Shown: positions 17,889-27,826 of the stretch, piece by piece
Layout of the letters: each line of letters starts with the position of its first letter
How positions within the stretch are numbered: the first letter of the stretch is position 1
Source of the DNA: Flavobacteriales bacterium TMED84
Lineage (GTDB): Bacteria; Bacteroidota; Bacteroidia; Flavobacteriales; BACL11
Assembly: GCA_002172655.2 (NCBI GenBank)
Contig: NHEL02000012.1
Location: 72,455-119,816, forward strand
Length of the DNA: 47,362 nt
Reading direction: 5' to 3'
Made by a program: the position numbers and the translations under genes
Notes under the pieces: model-generated
Database searches by the model: none
The model's input: the letters and a program-made list of their open reading frames with translations, nothing else
What the model was told of the DNA's origin: nothing

Positions 17889-20060
17889 TTACAAGTTTTC
17901 TAATATGAAATTTGTGATTTTATTGTACAAGTGAAATCTAGTGTTGCCGCCATATATACCATGATTTTTATCAGGATATATAAATAATTCAAATTCTTTA
18001 TTTTCATTAACCAGAGCTGATACCATCTCATAGGTATTTTGAACATGAACATTATCATCTGCAGTACCATGAACTAGTAAATATTTTCCTCTTAGATTAG
18101 AAACAAAATTTATTGGAGAGTTTTGATCATATCCATCAGAATTAAGAACGGGCTTACTCATATATCGTTCAGTATAAATATTGTCATAAAATCTCCAATT
18201 TGTTACTGGAGCAATAGCAACTGAGAGATCAAAGATTGAACCTCCTTTAGTTATTGCTAAACTTGATAAGTAACCACCATAACTCCAGCCTTGAATACCT
18301 ATTCTTTTTTCATCAACATAATTAAATTTAGATAAAATCTTTGCTGCATCTACGATATCAATAGTTTCGTACTTACCTAAATTTTTGTAAGTAACCTTTC
18401 TAAAACTAGCACCTTTGCCACCTGTACCTCTATTGTCAACTGACACAATAATAATTCCATTTTGACTTAAGTACTGATGCCATAAAAAATCATTTCCTTC
18501 CCATTTATCCAAAACCTCTTTAGATCCTGGACCACCATAAACAAACATCATAAGTGGGTATTTTTTATTTTCATCAAATTTAGTGGGTTTAATTATCCAA
18601 GCATCTAACTCTGTATTATCTGTTTGAATCTTAAAAAACTTCTTTTTGTTCAATTTATATTTATTTAACTTATCAATCAGTACTTGATTGTTTTCAAAAA
18701 TCATTATTTCACTACCATCAGCTTTGTTTAGAGAAATTTGATTTGGTTGGTTAGCATTAGAGTAGTAATTAATGTAGTTTTTTAATGAATGAGAAAAAAT
18801 AGCATCATTGAAACCTAATTTCGTTGATATTTTTTCTTTAAAATCATATTCAATATCTAAGCTGAACAATGATTGTGTTTCTGTACCTTCTTCGTTTGAG
18901 CTATAGTATAATTTCATTAAATCACTATCAAAGCCATAAATTTCTTTGATTTCCCAATTACCTTTTGTTAACTGAGATTCAAAACCTTCTAAGTTTTTTA
19001 GATATGCATGATAATATCCATCTTTTTCTGAAATCCATATAAAATGGTTTTCATTAAAGAATTCTAATTCATTTTTTATTTCGATGTAGCATGAGTCGTT
19101 CTCTGAAAATAAAATTTCAGTTTGTAAATTCTCGTAATTTAAAACTATGAAGTCTAAATTATTTTGAAGTCGATTTAAACCATAAAAAACTAGCTTATTT
19201 GATGTGAATGTCCAAAAAAATCTAGGTATGTATTCATAATCTTTTTCTGTATAAATAAATTTTGTTTTATTCTCTTCTAGATCATATGTATAAAGATTAA
19301 CAACAGAGTTGTCTTCGCCAGCTTTAGGATATTTAAATGTCTTTGAAGATGGATATAGTTGTCCTTTAAAAATGTCCATTGAAAAAGTGTTAACATTTTC
19401 TTCGTCAAATTTTAAATAAGCAATTTTTTTTCCATCTGGACTCCACTGGTAGGCTTGAACTAATCCAAATTCTTCTTCATAAACCCAATCTGATGAACCA
19501 TTTATTATTGAATTATTTTTGCCATCGCTGGTAATTTTTTTGAAGCTGTTTATTTTACCTTTAAGTATGTTTTGGATTTCATTTATATAAATGTTGTTTT
19601 CAAAAGTGAATGAAACAAATTTTTCGTCAGGTGAGAATGATAAGTTTTGAATTTTTTCATCAAAAACATCGTAAATTTTATCATTTTGAATATCATATAA
19701 CAAACACTTTGATTTGTAGCTATAGCGATATATGCTTTCTCTGTCTGTTTCGATAATCAAATAATTTTCTTGGTGAGAAAATTTATAGGATCTAATCCTA
19801 TTTTTTAGCTTAAATTTCTGGCTATCGAATATAACTAGCTCTTTTTTTCCGTTGGTAAAAGAATACTTTACAATTTGTTGTAGTTCTTTATTACTTTCTA
19901 ATCTTGTGAAGCTGTCAGAATTTTTTAAAACTTTAATCTTGCCGAAATTTCTTTGTGAGAAAGAATAATTTTTCCAGAGTTCCTCAATTGTAATATTTTC
20001 TTGAGATTTTAATATTATAAAAGAAAATGAGAAAGTAAAAATTAAAAATAATCGTTTCAA
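17889..20060 (-). CDS. Dipeptidyl-peptidase IV (S9B peptidase)
   Basis: Signal peptide, DWVYEEE, GWSYGG nucleophile, DDNVH, catalytic His in NHGI; TTG start. Confidence 0.93.
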   Translation of the reverse strand: MKRLFLIFTFSFSFIILKSQENITIEELWKNYSFSQRNFGKIKVLKNSDSFTRLESNKELQQIVKYSFTNGKKELVIFDSQKFKLKNRIRSYKFSHQENYLIIETDRESIYRYSYKSKCLLYDIQNDKIYDVFDEKIQNLSFSPDEKFVSFTFENNIYINEIQNILKGKINSFKKITSDGKNNSIINGSSDWVYEEEFGLVQAYQWSPDGKKIAYLKFDEENVNTFSMDIFKGQLYPSSKTFKYPKAGEDNSVVNLYTYDLEENKTKFIYTEKDYEYIPRFFWTFTSNKLVFYGLNRLQNNLDFIVLNYENLQTEILFSENDSCYIEIKNELEFFNENHFIWISEKDGYYHAYLKNLEGFESQLTKGNWEIKEIYGFDSDLMKLYYSSNEEGTETQSLFSLDIEYDFKEKISTKLGFNDAIFSHSLKNYINYYSNANQPNQISLNKADGSEIMIFENNQVLIDKLNKYKLNKKKFFKIQTDNTELDAWIIKPTKFDENKKYPLMMFVYGGPGSKEVLDKWEGNDFLWHQYLSQNGIIIVSVDNRGTGGKGASFRKVTYKNLGKYETIDIVDAAKILSKFNYVDEKRIGIQGWSYGGYLSSLAITKGGSIFDLSVAIAPVTNWRFYDNIYTERYMSKPVLNSDGYDQNSPINFVSNLRGKYLLVHGTADDNVHVQNTYEMVSALVNENKEFELFIYPDKNHGIYGGNTRFHLYNKITNFILENL

Positions 20061-20065
20061 AGACG

Positions 20066-20073
20066 TAAATTTG
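20066..20073 (+). promoter_or_regulatory. -7 element 4 nt before the FAD-oxidase start codon
   Basis: TAAATTTG-AATC-ATG. Confidence 0.6.
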
Positions 20074-20077
20074 AATC

Positions 20078-21478
20078 ATGAAATATAAGAAAATTACTAA
20101 TAGTGATATTACTTTTTTTATTAAAACATTATCTGAGGAAAATGTTTTTTATTCTGAAGCAGATTTAAAAAAATATAGTCATGATGAAACCGAAGATTTA
20201 TCTTATTTGCCAGAAATAGTTTTGAAGCCCTGTAGTACAAAAGAAATTTCAGAGTGTATAGAATATTGTAACAAGCAAAATATTCCAGTTACTGCATGTG
20301 GTGCTAGAACAGGTCTTAGCGGTGGATCAATCCCTTTACATGGGGGAGTGGCGTTGAGTGTCGAAAATTTAAATAAGATAATTTCAATCGATAAAAAGAA
20401 CTTGCAAGCTACTGTTGAATCAGGTGTAATCAATCAAAATTTTAAATCAGAAGTAGAAAAAACAGGATTATTTTACCCTCCTGATCCTGCTAGCTTGGGA
20501 AGTTGTATGTTGGGAGGCAATGTTGCAGAAAATTCTGGAGGTCCCAAGGCTTTAAAATATGGAGTTACAAGAGACTATGTTTTAAACCTTGAAGTTGTAT
20601 TGGCTGATGGTTCAATTATTTGGACAGGTGCAAATGTTTTAAAAAATGCTACTGGATATAGTTTCACAGATTTAATAGTAGGAAGCGAAGGTACACTTGC
20701 AGTGATCACTAAAATAGTTTTTAAACTAATAGCTCTTCCACCAAAAAGTGCAACAATGCTAATTCCATTTAAATCTGCTGAGGATGCATGTAAATCTGTT
20801 TCGATTATTTTTAATAGTGGTATTGTCCCATGTGCGCTTGAGTTTATGGAGAGAGATGCCCTTTTGTTAGCTGTTGAATATTCACAAAATACAATAACAG
20901 TAGAGGATGATGAAAAAGCACATTTATTAATTGAAGTTGATGGTGATAATATGAATTCAATTTTTAGTGTATTTGAAAATATAAGTAAACTTCTTTCTCA
21001 ATTTAATCTTGGTGAAATAAAAATTGCAGAAACTCATAAAGAAAAAGAAAAAATTTGGAAACTAAGGAGATTAGTTGGCGAAGCAGTAAAAAAGCATTCA
21101 ATTTACAAGGAAGAGGATACCGTTGTTCCAAGATTTCAGCTTCCAAAACTTTTGCTCGGGGTAAAAGAAATTGGAAAAAAGTATAACTTCAGATCAATAT
21201 GTTATGGTCATGCCGGTGATGGAAATTTACATGTTAATATTTTAAAAGAAAATAATTCTGATGAATTCTGGAATAATAATGTGAAGTTAGCAATAAGAGA
21301 AATTTTTAAATTAACTAAATTTTTAGGTGGAACAATCAGCGGGGAGCATGGCATAGGGCTAGTACAAAAAGAATATCTAGATATAGTTTTTGGAAAAAAA
21401 ATGATAAGTCTCCACAAAGAGATAAAAAAAGTTTTTGATCCGAATGGTATACTTAACCCTGGAAAAATTTTTGATTAA
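20078..21478 (+). CDS. FAD-linked oxidase, GlcD / D-2-hydroxyacid dehydrogenase family
   Basis: YPPDPAS, GGNVAENSGG, GSEGTL, GHAGDGNLH, SGEHGIG, FDPNGILNPGK. Confidence 0.9.
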   Translation: MKYKKITNSDITFFIKTLSEENVFYSEADLKKYSHDETEDLSYLPEIVLKPCSTKEISECIEYCNKQNIPVTACGARTGLSGGSIPLHGGVALSVENLNKIISIDKKNLQATVESGVINQNFKSEVEKTGLFYPPDPASLGSCMLGGNVAENSGGPKALKYGVTRDYVLNLEVVLADGSIIWTGANVLKNATGYSFTDLIVGSEGTLAVITKIVFKLIALPPKSATMLIPFKSAEDACKSVSIIFNSGIVPCALEFMERDALLLAVEYSQNTITVEDDEKAHLLIEVDGDNMNSIFSVFENISKLLSQFNLGEIKIAETHKEKEKIWKLRRLVGEAVKKHSIYKEEDTVVPRFQLPKLLLGVKEIGKKYNFRSICYGHAGDGNLHVNILKENNSDEFWNNNVKLAIREIFKLTKFLGGTISGEHGIGLVQKEYLDIVFGKKMISLHKEIKKVFDPNGILNPGKIFD

Positions 21479-21496
21479 TATTAAACTTTATAACTC

Positions 21497-21504
21497 TATA
21501 TTTG
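21497..21504 (+). promoter_or_regulatory. -7 promoter element for hisS-hutH
   Basis: TATATTTG 16 nt upstream of the hisS ATG. Confidence 0.65.
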
Positions 21505-21520
21505 TGTAAATACTTAAGAT

Positions 21521-22876
21521 ATGAATGTTAAACCAAAGCTACCTAAGGGTTTTAGAGATTTTGATTCAAAAACTTTAGAAAAAAGAGAATATATAATTAA
21601 GATAATTTCTGATGTTTTCAAATCTTATTCATTCCAAAAAATAGAAACTCCATCTGTTGAAAGTATAGAGACGTTAAGTGGAAAATACGGTGATGAAGCT
21701 GATAGACTTATTTTTAAAATTCTCAATTCTGGAAATTATTTATCAGACTATGATTTAAGTAATAATGCTGATTATAAAGAGCTGACTCGATTTATTTCAA
21801 AAAAGGCATTAAGATATGATCTTACAGTTCCACTTGCAAGATATATTTCACAAAATATCAATAATATATCCTTTCCATTTAAACGATATCAGATGCAAAA
21901 TGTTTGGAGAGCTGATAAGCCTCAAAAAGGTAGATTTAGAGAATTTATGCAATGTGATGCTGACATAATTGGTTCAAAAAATTTAATAAATGAGTATGAA
22001 CTCATTAGAATTTATGATAAAGTATTTGAGAAATTAAATTTAGTAGGTACTATAATTTCAATCAATAGTAGAAAAATTTTAACTGCTGTATCAAGTAAAC
22101 TTAATGTTGAAGATAAATTTAGTGAGTTTGTTATTCTACTCGATAAGTACGACAAAATAGGTAAAATAAAGTTTATTGAAGAGTTAAAAAACTTTAATAT
22201 TTCAAAAGATGACTCAGATTTTTTAATAAAAATTATAGAAAATCCTGACATAGATTACATAAAAAGTTACTTGTTTGAATTTGGAATTAGTTCTGAGGGC
22301 TTTGATGACTGTAAGTATATTTTTGAAAAATTAAAATTAACCTCAAACTTTTGTGAAATTAAGTTTAATTTTAAATTAGCGAGAGGTCTTGACTACTATA
22401 CAGGCACAATATTTGAAGTTGAAAATTCCAAAGTCAAGATAGGAGCATTGGGGGGTGGTGGAAGGTATGATAATCTTACCTCTATATTTGGAAATAATGA
22501 ATTAAGTGGAGTAGGTATTTCATTTGGTCTTGACAGGATATATCATTGCCTTAGTGAGCTAAGTTTATTTAAATCCTCAAATGATTTAAATAAAACTTTG
22601 TTTTTAAATTTTGGAGAGCGAGAGTTAAATTATAATTTAAAAGTATTAGATATTTTCAGAGATTCTGGTATATCTGCAACCATATATGCCGATTTTTTAA
22701 AAATCAAAAAGCAGATGAATTACGCTAATAACTTAAATTACAAATTTGTGGTTATTTGCGGTGAGAATGAAGTTAAGAGTAAGATGGTAACTTTAAAAAA
22801 TATGATAACTGGAAATCAAATAACTGACAAGGTAGAAAAAATAATAAAGCTAATATTAAGTGAAAAAACAGATTGA
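21521..22876 (+). CDS. hisS: Histidine--tRNA ligase
   Basis: PKGFRDF, LRYDLTVP, motif 2 WRADKPQKGRFREFMQCD, RGLDYY, GGGRYD. Confidence 0.96.
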   Translation: MNVKPKLPKGFRDFDSKTLEKREYIIKIISDVFKSYSFQKIETPSVESIETLSGKYGDEADRLIFKILNSGNYLSDYDLSNNADYKELTRFISKKALRYDLTVPLARYISQNINNISFPFKRYQMQNVWRADKPQKGRFREFMQCDADIIGSKNLINEYELIRIYDKVFEKLNLVGTIISINSRKILTAVSSKLNVEDKFSEFVILLDKYDKIGKIKFIEELKNFNISKDDSDFLIKIIENPDIDYIKSYLFEFGISSEGFDDCKYIFEKLKLTSNFCEIKFNFKLARGLDYYTGTIFEVENSKVKIGALGGGGRYDNLTSIFGNNELSGVGISFGLDRIYHCLSELSLFKSSNDLNKTLFLNFGERELNYNLKVLDIFRDSGISATIYADFLKIKKQMNYANNLNYKFVVICGENEVKSKMVTLKNMITGNQITDKVEKIIKLILSEKTD

Positions 22877-24386
22877 TAATACAAAACTAAGCTACATTTA
22901 TATAAAGGACATTATTGACAATAAAAAATCAATCAATTTGTCAAAAAAAACAGTCAATTTGATTTCAAAAAGCAGAGCATTTTTGAATAGTAAAATCTCA
23001 AACAATGATCAAATTATCTATGGAGTTAACACTGGTTTTGGTTCTTTAAGAAACAAAATAATATCAAAAAATGAGCTTGTGCTTTTACAAAATAATTTAA
23101 TAGTTTCTCATGCCTGTGGTGCAGGAAAATACGTTCCAAAATCAATAGTAAAATTGATGATATTATTAAAAATTAAATCTCTTTCATTGGGTTACTCTGC
23201 TGTTTCGTTAGAAGTTGTTGAATTACTTACTCAAATGTTCAATAAAAATATTTTACCAGTAATTTATACTCAAGGCAGCCTGGGAGCATCTGGTGATCTT
23301 GCACCCTTGGCTCACCTATCGCTACCATTAATTGAGATGGGGGAAGTTTATGAAAGTGAATCCGCTGAAAATTTTAATAAAATAAGTTCCGTAAACAGTT
23401 TTAAAAAACATGGTTTATCTGCACTAAAACTTCGACCTAAAGATGGATTAGCTTTATTAAATGGAACACAATTTATGTCTGCATATGGAATTTGGTCACT
23501 AATCAATTGTGATAGAATTTTAATTCTATCTGATTTAATTGCATCTATTTCTCTTGATGCATTTAATTGTAGAATTGATCCTTTTGACATAAGTGTGAGT
23601 GAGGCTAGACCTCACAAAGGACATTTGAATACAATAAAAAATATTAACAAATTTTTAGAAAAAAGTGAAATTGTTCAAATTAGAAGTAAGGACATTCAAG
23701 ATCCTTATTCATTTAGATGCATTCCTCAAGTTCATGGTGCTAGCAAGGATGCGTTTAATCACGTTAAAGATATTGTCCATACTGAAATTAATTCTGTAAC
23801 AGATAATCCTCTAGTATTTTCGAATGAAGATAAAGTAATTTCTGCTGGTAATTTTCATGGTCAATCACTTGCTTTAGCATTTGACTACTTGTCTATGGCT
23901 ATTTCAGAAATAGGGTCGATTTCTGAGAGAAGAATTTTTAAATTAATTTCTGGGGAAAGAGATTTACCTGCTTTTCTTATTGATAACGCTGGCTTAAATT
24001 CAGGTTTTATGGTTACACAATATACAGCTGCAAGTATAGTCAATCAAAATAAACAATTATCTTTTCCAAACTCAGTTGACTCAATAGTATCCTCTAACGG
24101 ACAAGAGGATCATGTTAGTATGGGAGCTAATTCCGCAACTAAACTTTATGAAATTATAGAAAATACTAAAACTATTTTAGCAATTGAACTATTAGTTGCT
24201 TGCCAAGGCTTGGAGATAAGAATTCAAAATAAAGGAATAAAAACTTCGCCATTTAATATGAAGCTATTAGAAAGTTTTAGAAAAGAGATTCCATTTGTTA
24301 AACAGGATTGTGTGATGAAAGAATTGATTTCAAATTCTGAAAAATTTTTAAATAAATTTGATATTGACTTTAGTTATTTTTTGTAA
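22860..24386 (+). CDS. hutH: Histidine ammonia-lyase
   Basis: YGVNTGFG, SHACG, MIO-forming GASGDLAPL, QDPYSFRC, QEDHVSM; GTG start overlaps hisS. Confidence 0.95.
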   Translation: MKKQIDNTKLSYIYIKDIIDNKKSINLSKKTVNLISKSRAFLNSKISNNDQIIYGVNTGFGSLRNKIISKNELVLLQNNLIVSHACGAGKYVPKSIVKLMILLKIKSLSLGYSAVSLEVVELLTQMFNKNILPVIYTQGSLGASGDLAPLAHLSLPLIEMGEVYESESAENFNKISSVNSFKKHGLSALKLRPKDGLALLNGTQFMSAYGIWSLINCDRILILSDLIASISLDAFNCRIDPFDISVSEARPHKGHLNTIKNINKFLEKSEIVQIRSKDIQDPYSFRCIPQVHGASKDAFNHVKDIVHTEINSVTDNPLVFSNEDKVISAGNFHGQSLALAFDYLSMAISEIGSISERRIFKLISGERDLPAFLIDNAGLNSGFMVTQYTAASIVNQNKQLSFPNSVDSIVSSNGQEDHVSMGANSATKLYEIIENTKTILAIELLVACQGLEIRIQNKGIKTSPFNMKLLESFRKEIPFVKQDCVMKELISNSEKFLNKFDIDFSYFL

Positions 24387-25032
24387 AAACAAAATCTAAA
24401 ATATTTGCTCCCATCTTTAAGGCTTTTTCTCTAGTCTTTTCTGAATTATTATGAACTTCTTGATCTTCCCACCCATCACCAAGATCTGATTCATATGTGT
24501 AAAGTATTATCATTCTTTTTTCATTGTAAATCGCAAAAGCTTCAGCGTTTTTACCGTCATGCTGATGAATTTTTGGCAGACCATCACTGAAATCATATTT
24601 ACCATTAAAAATTAAATGATTTCTTTTCAGTGATATCAGCTCCTTATTAGGAAAAATTAATTTTAATTCACTTCTAATAAACTTATCCATGCCATAATTA
24701 TCATCAATATGTAAAAACCCTCCTGCTAGTAGATATTTTTTTAATACTTCTCTTTCTGATTCAGTAAATTTTATATTTCCATGACCTGTTGCATAAATGT
24801 AAGGGTATCCATAAATATCACTTGATTTAAGCTCTACATAATCATATTCTTCAATAATGTTAGTCCCAATATTTTTATTGCAAAATTTAATCAAATTGTT
24901 TAATGATGAAGGATTTGAGTACCAGTCACCACCACCACTATATTTCAATGAAGCCAATTTATATGAATTTTGACATACAAGATTATTAAAAGATAATAAC
25001 ATGATAATATATATGAAAAAAATACGCATCAT
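24370..25032 (-). CDS. DUF4159-type exported protein
   Basis: YSGGGDWY, TGHG, GGFLHIDDNYG, ESDLGDGWED motifs typical of the Bacteroidota family. Confidence 0.8.
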   Translation of the reverse strand: MMRIFFIYIIMLLSFNNLVCQNSYKLASLKYSGGGDWYSNPSSLNNLIKFCNKNIGTNIIEEYDYVELKSSDIYGYPYIYATGHGNIKFTESEREVLKKYLLAGGFLHIDDNYGMDKFIRSELKLIFPNKELISLKRNHLIFNGKYDFSDGLPKIHQHDGKNAEAFAIYNEKRMIILYTYESDLGDGWEDQEVHNNSEKTREKALKMGANILDFVFTKNN

Positions 25033-25727
25033 TTTTGAAAAGATTTAACCATACTTGCTATAAAAATTCCAGCAGTTTCAGTTCTCAATATAGCCTCACC
25101 GAAGCTTATTGGAGTAAAACCATTATTAGCAGCTAAATTAATTTCTTTTTTGTCAAAATCACCTTCAGGACCGATCAAGCAATTAATTGCTTTGTTAGCT
25201 TTAGAGCAAATGATTTTTTTTAAATTAATACTGCTATCGCAATGGGCAATATACTTATCACCATTGATTTTATTGCTAAATATTTTATCGAATTTAATTG
25301 GCTCGTGAAGTTTTGGTAAATAATGTCTTTTAGATTGCTTAAGTGCAGATATTAAAATATTCTTACATCTTTTAATATTAATTTTTTTTCTTTCACTGTT
25401 CATGCAAAATATGGGTATTATATTGTCTATTCCTATTTCAGTTGACTTCTCTAGAAACCATTCAAATCTTTTTGAATTTTTTGTTGGAGCAATATAAATG
25501 TTGAGCTCATAATTGTGAAGTTTTTTCTTCTTTATAATTCTTTTAATTAGAATATTAACTTCATTATTGTTAACTTTTAAGACTTCTCCAATTTGGTGAT
25601 TACCGTTACCGTCGGTGAAATCTAATAAATCTCCTTCTTTTTTTCTTAGAACTTTTATGACATGCTTAGATTCATCTTTAGAAAGATGAAAATTTTTCTT
25701 TGTTGATTCATTGAAAAATAGTTGCAT
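25029..25727 (-). CDS. rsmE: 16S rRNA m3U1498 methyltransferase
   Basis: HVIKVLR, EKSTEIG, IGPEGDF, ILRTETA. Confidence 0.93.
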   Translation of the reverse strand: MQLFFNESTKKNFHLSKDESKHVIKVLRKKEGDLLDFTDGNGNHQIGEVLKVNNNEVNILIKRIIKKKKLHNYELNIYIAPTKNSKRFEWFLEKSTEIGIDNIIPIFCMNSERKKINIKRCKNILISALKQSKRHYLPKLHEPIKFDKIFSNKINGDKYIAHCDSSINLKKIICSKANKAINCLIGPEGDFDKKEINLAANNGFTPISFGEAILRTETAGIFIASMVKSFQK

Positions 25728-25743
25728 TTAAAGAAATTGACTT

Positions 25744-27345
25744 TTATTTTGGGACTGGAGCAGATTCTAAAATTTCAGTGTTTGCGTGATTGGCAAATTT
25801 TTCGAAATTTTTAATGAATGCTTTAGCAAGTTCATTGGCCTTTTTATCGTACTTATCTTCGTCAGTCCATGTATTTCTCGGAGATAAAATTTCAGATGGA
25901 ACACCACCGCAACTTTCTGGCATTCTTATACCAAAAATTGAGTGTTTAGTAAATTCAACTTTTTCAAGCTCACCATTTAATGCAGCACTGATCATTGATC
26001 TAGTGTATGAAAGTTTAATTCTTTTACCTTGACCATATTCACCACCTGACCAACCTGTGTTAACTAACCACACATTAACGTTAGTATTTTTCATCTTTTC
26101 TCCTAACATTTCAGCATATTTTGTGGGGTGAAGTGGCATAAATGGTGCTCCAAAGCAAGCAGAAAATGTTGTTTGAGGTTCATTAATACCTGTCTCAGTA
26201 CCTGCAACTTTTGCAGTATAACCAGAGATAAAATGATACATTGCTTGACCTTTACTAAGTTTTGATATAGGAGGAAGAACGCCAAAGGCATCAGCTGTTA
26301 AGAAGAAAATATTTTTAGGATTTTTTCCTACTGAGGGTACAGCAATGTTACTAATATGTTCAATTGGGTATGAAACCCTTGTGTTTTCTGTAATTTCAGT
26401 ATTTGAGAAGTCTACTATATTTGAATTACCTTGGAAACCGATATTTTCTAGCAATGCCCCCTCTTTTATCGCATTAAATATATCAGGTTCTTTTTCTTCA
26501 GATAAGTTAATGCATTTTGCATAACAACCACCTTCAAAATTGAAAATCGAATCATCATCCCATCCATGTTCATCGTCTCCAATTAATTTTCTGTTAGAAT
26601 CCGCACTTAAAGTTGTTTTTCCAGTACCTGAAAGTCCAAAAAATATTGCTGTATCACCTTCTTTTCCAGTATTTGCGCTACAGTGCATAGATAAAACATC
26701 GTGATCATGTGGTAAAATAAAATTCAGAGCAGAAAAGATACCTTTTTTAATTTCTCCAGTGTATCCTGTACCTCCTATGATAATAATTTTTTTAGTAAAA
26801 TTGATAACAGCAAAGTTTTTTTGTCTTGTACCATCTACTTTAGGGTCAGCTTTAAAGCCTGGAGCGTTCAAAATAGTCCAATCAATTTTTTGATTTTTTT
26901 TATCTTTTGAAGGTCTAAGAAACATATTTAAAGCAAATAGGTTACTCCAAGCATATTCGTTAACAACTCTAATATTCAACTTATATTTTTCATTTGCACA
27001 TGCAAAGGCATCTCTTACAAACAACTCATCTCTTTTGTTAAAATAATCACATACTTTTTGTTGTAGTAAATCAAATTTTTCTGATTTAAATGGTTTATTA
27101 ATATCTCCCCACCAAACATGATTTTTGGTGTTTTCATCTTCTACAATAAATCTATCTTTAGGAGATCTACCAGTAAATTTGCCAGTATTAATTGAAATTG
27201 CATTTGTTGAAGTTAATTTAGCCTGCTTCTTTTTTACAGATACTTCAGATAATTGTTTGGATGAAAAATTAAATTTGATGTTTGAGTTAAGAATACCTAT
27301 GCTAGATAGTTGTTTGGAATATGAATCTTGAGAATTTTCACTCAT
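25744..27345 (-). CDS. pckA: Phosphoenolpyruvate carboxykinase (ATP)
   Basis: TGRSPKD, GLSGTGKTTL, LIGDDEHGW, EGGCYAK. Confidence 0.97.
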   Translation of the reverse strand: MSENSQDSYSKQLSSIGILNSNIKFNFSSKQLSEVSVKKKQAKLTSTNAISINTGKFTGRSPKDRFIVEDENTKNHVWWGDINKPFKSEKFDLLQQKVCDYFNKRDELFVRDAFACANEKYKLNIRVVNEYAWSNLFALNMFLRPSKDKKNQKIDWTILNAPGFKADPKVDGTRQKNFAVINFTKKIIIIGGTGYTGEIKKGIFSALNFILPHDHDVLSMHCSANTGKEGDTAIFFGLSGTGKTTLSADSNRKLIGDDEHGWDDDSIFNFEGGCYAKCINLSEEKEPDIFNAIKEGALLENIGFQGNSNIVDFSNTEITENTRVSYPIEHISNIAVPSVGKNPKNIFFLTADAFGVLPPISKLSKGQAMYHFISGYTAKVAGTETGINEPQTTFSACFGAPFMPLHPTKYAEMLGEKMKNTNVNVWLVNTGWSGGEYGQGKRIKLSYTRSMISAALNGELEKVEFTKHSIFGIRMPESCGGVPSEILSPRNTWTDEDKYDKKANELAKAFIKNFEKFANHANTEILESAPVPK

Positions 27346-27365
27346 AAATATAATTTATAAGCATA

Positions 27366-27373
27366 CAAAGTTA
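27366..27373 (-). promoter_or_regulatory. -7 promoter element for pckA
   Basis: Minus strand TAACTTTG 20 nt upstream of the ATG. Confidence 0.6.
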
Positions 27374-27400
27374 AAGCAAAAAAAATAAGACTTTAAAAAA

Positions 27401-27784
27401 TTAATTAATCTTTTTTTTTGAAAAAAGAATTAGTGCAATCAGGCTTGCTATTTTTAAAATTGCACCAAAAGGTGTAATTAATCTAAAAAGTAATACGTTG
27501 ATGTCAAGTTTTGATAACGCTATATTTAAGTATATTGAAAATGAGAATAAAATTGTTCCAATTATGTAAAGTTTAATAATATTATTAATCTTCAAAATTT
27601 TGGTGACATTCAAACTTAAAATCATTATTAAGATAGAATTGTAAATCAGGTATCTATTAGCTATTTCAAAAGATTTAGTTTGAGAATCGTCTAGATGTAA
27701 TTCAAGAAAATGTGTGCCTACTGCAGATGAAATTATCGAAATAATAAAAAAGGAAACAGAAATTTTAAATTGTAGCAAATTCAA
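27401..27784 (-). CDS. DUF423-like small membrane protein (divergent)
   Basis: 4 TM segments; SAVGTH, LFSFSIY and ITPFG resemble DUF423 GAFGAH / FSGSLY / ITPxGG. Confidence 0.65.
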   Translation of the reverse strand: MNLLQFKISVSFFIISIISSAVGTHFLELHLDDSQTKSFEIANRYLIYNSILIMILSLNVTKILKINNIIKLYIIGTILFSFSIYLNIALSKLDINVLLFRLITPFGAILKIASLIALILFSKKKIN

Positions 27785-27826
27785 TTTATATATTTAGAGT
27801 AAAAATAATACATTAGCCAAAAAAAA

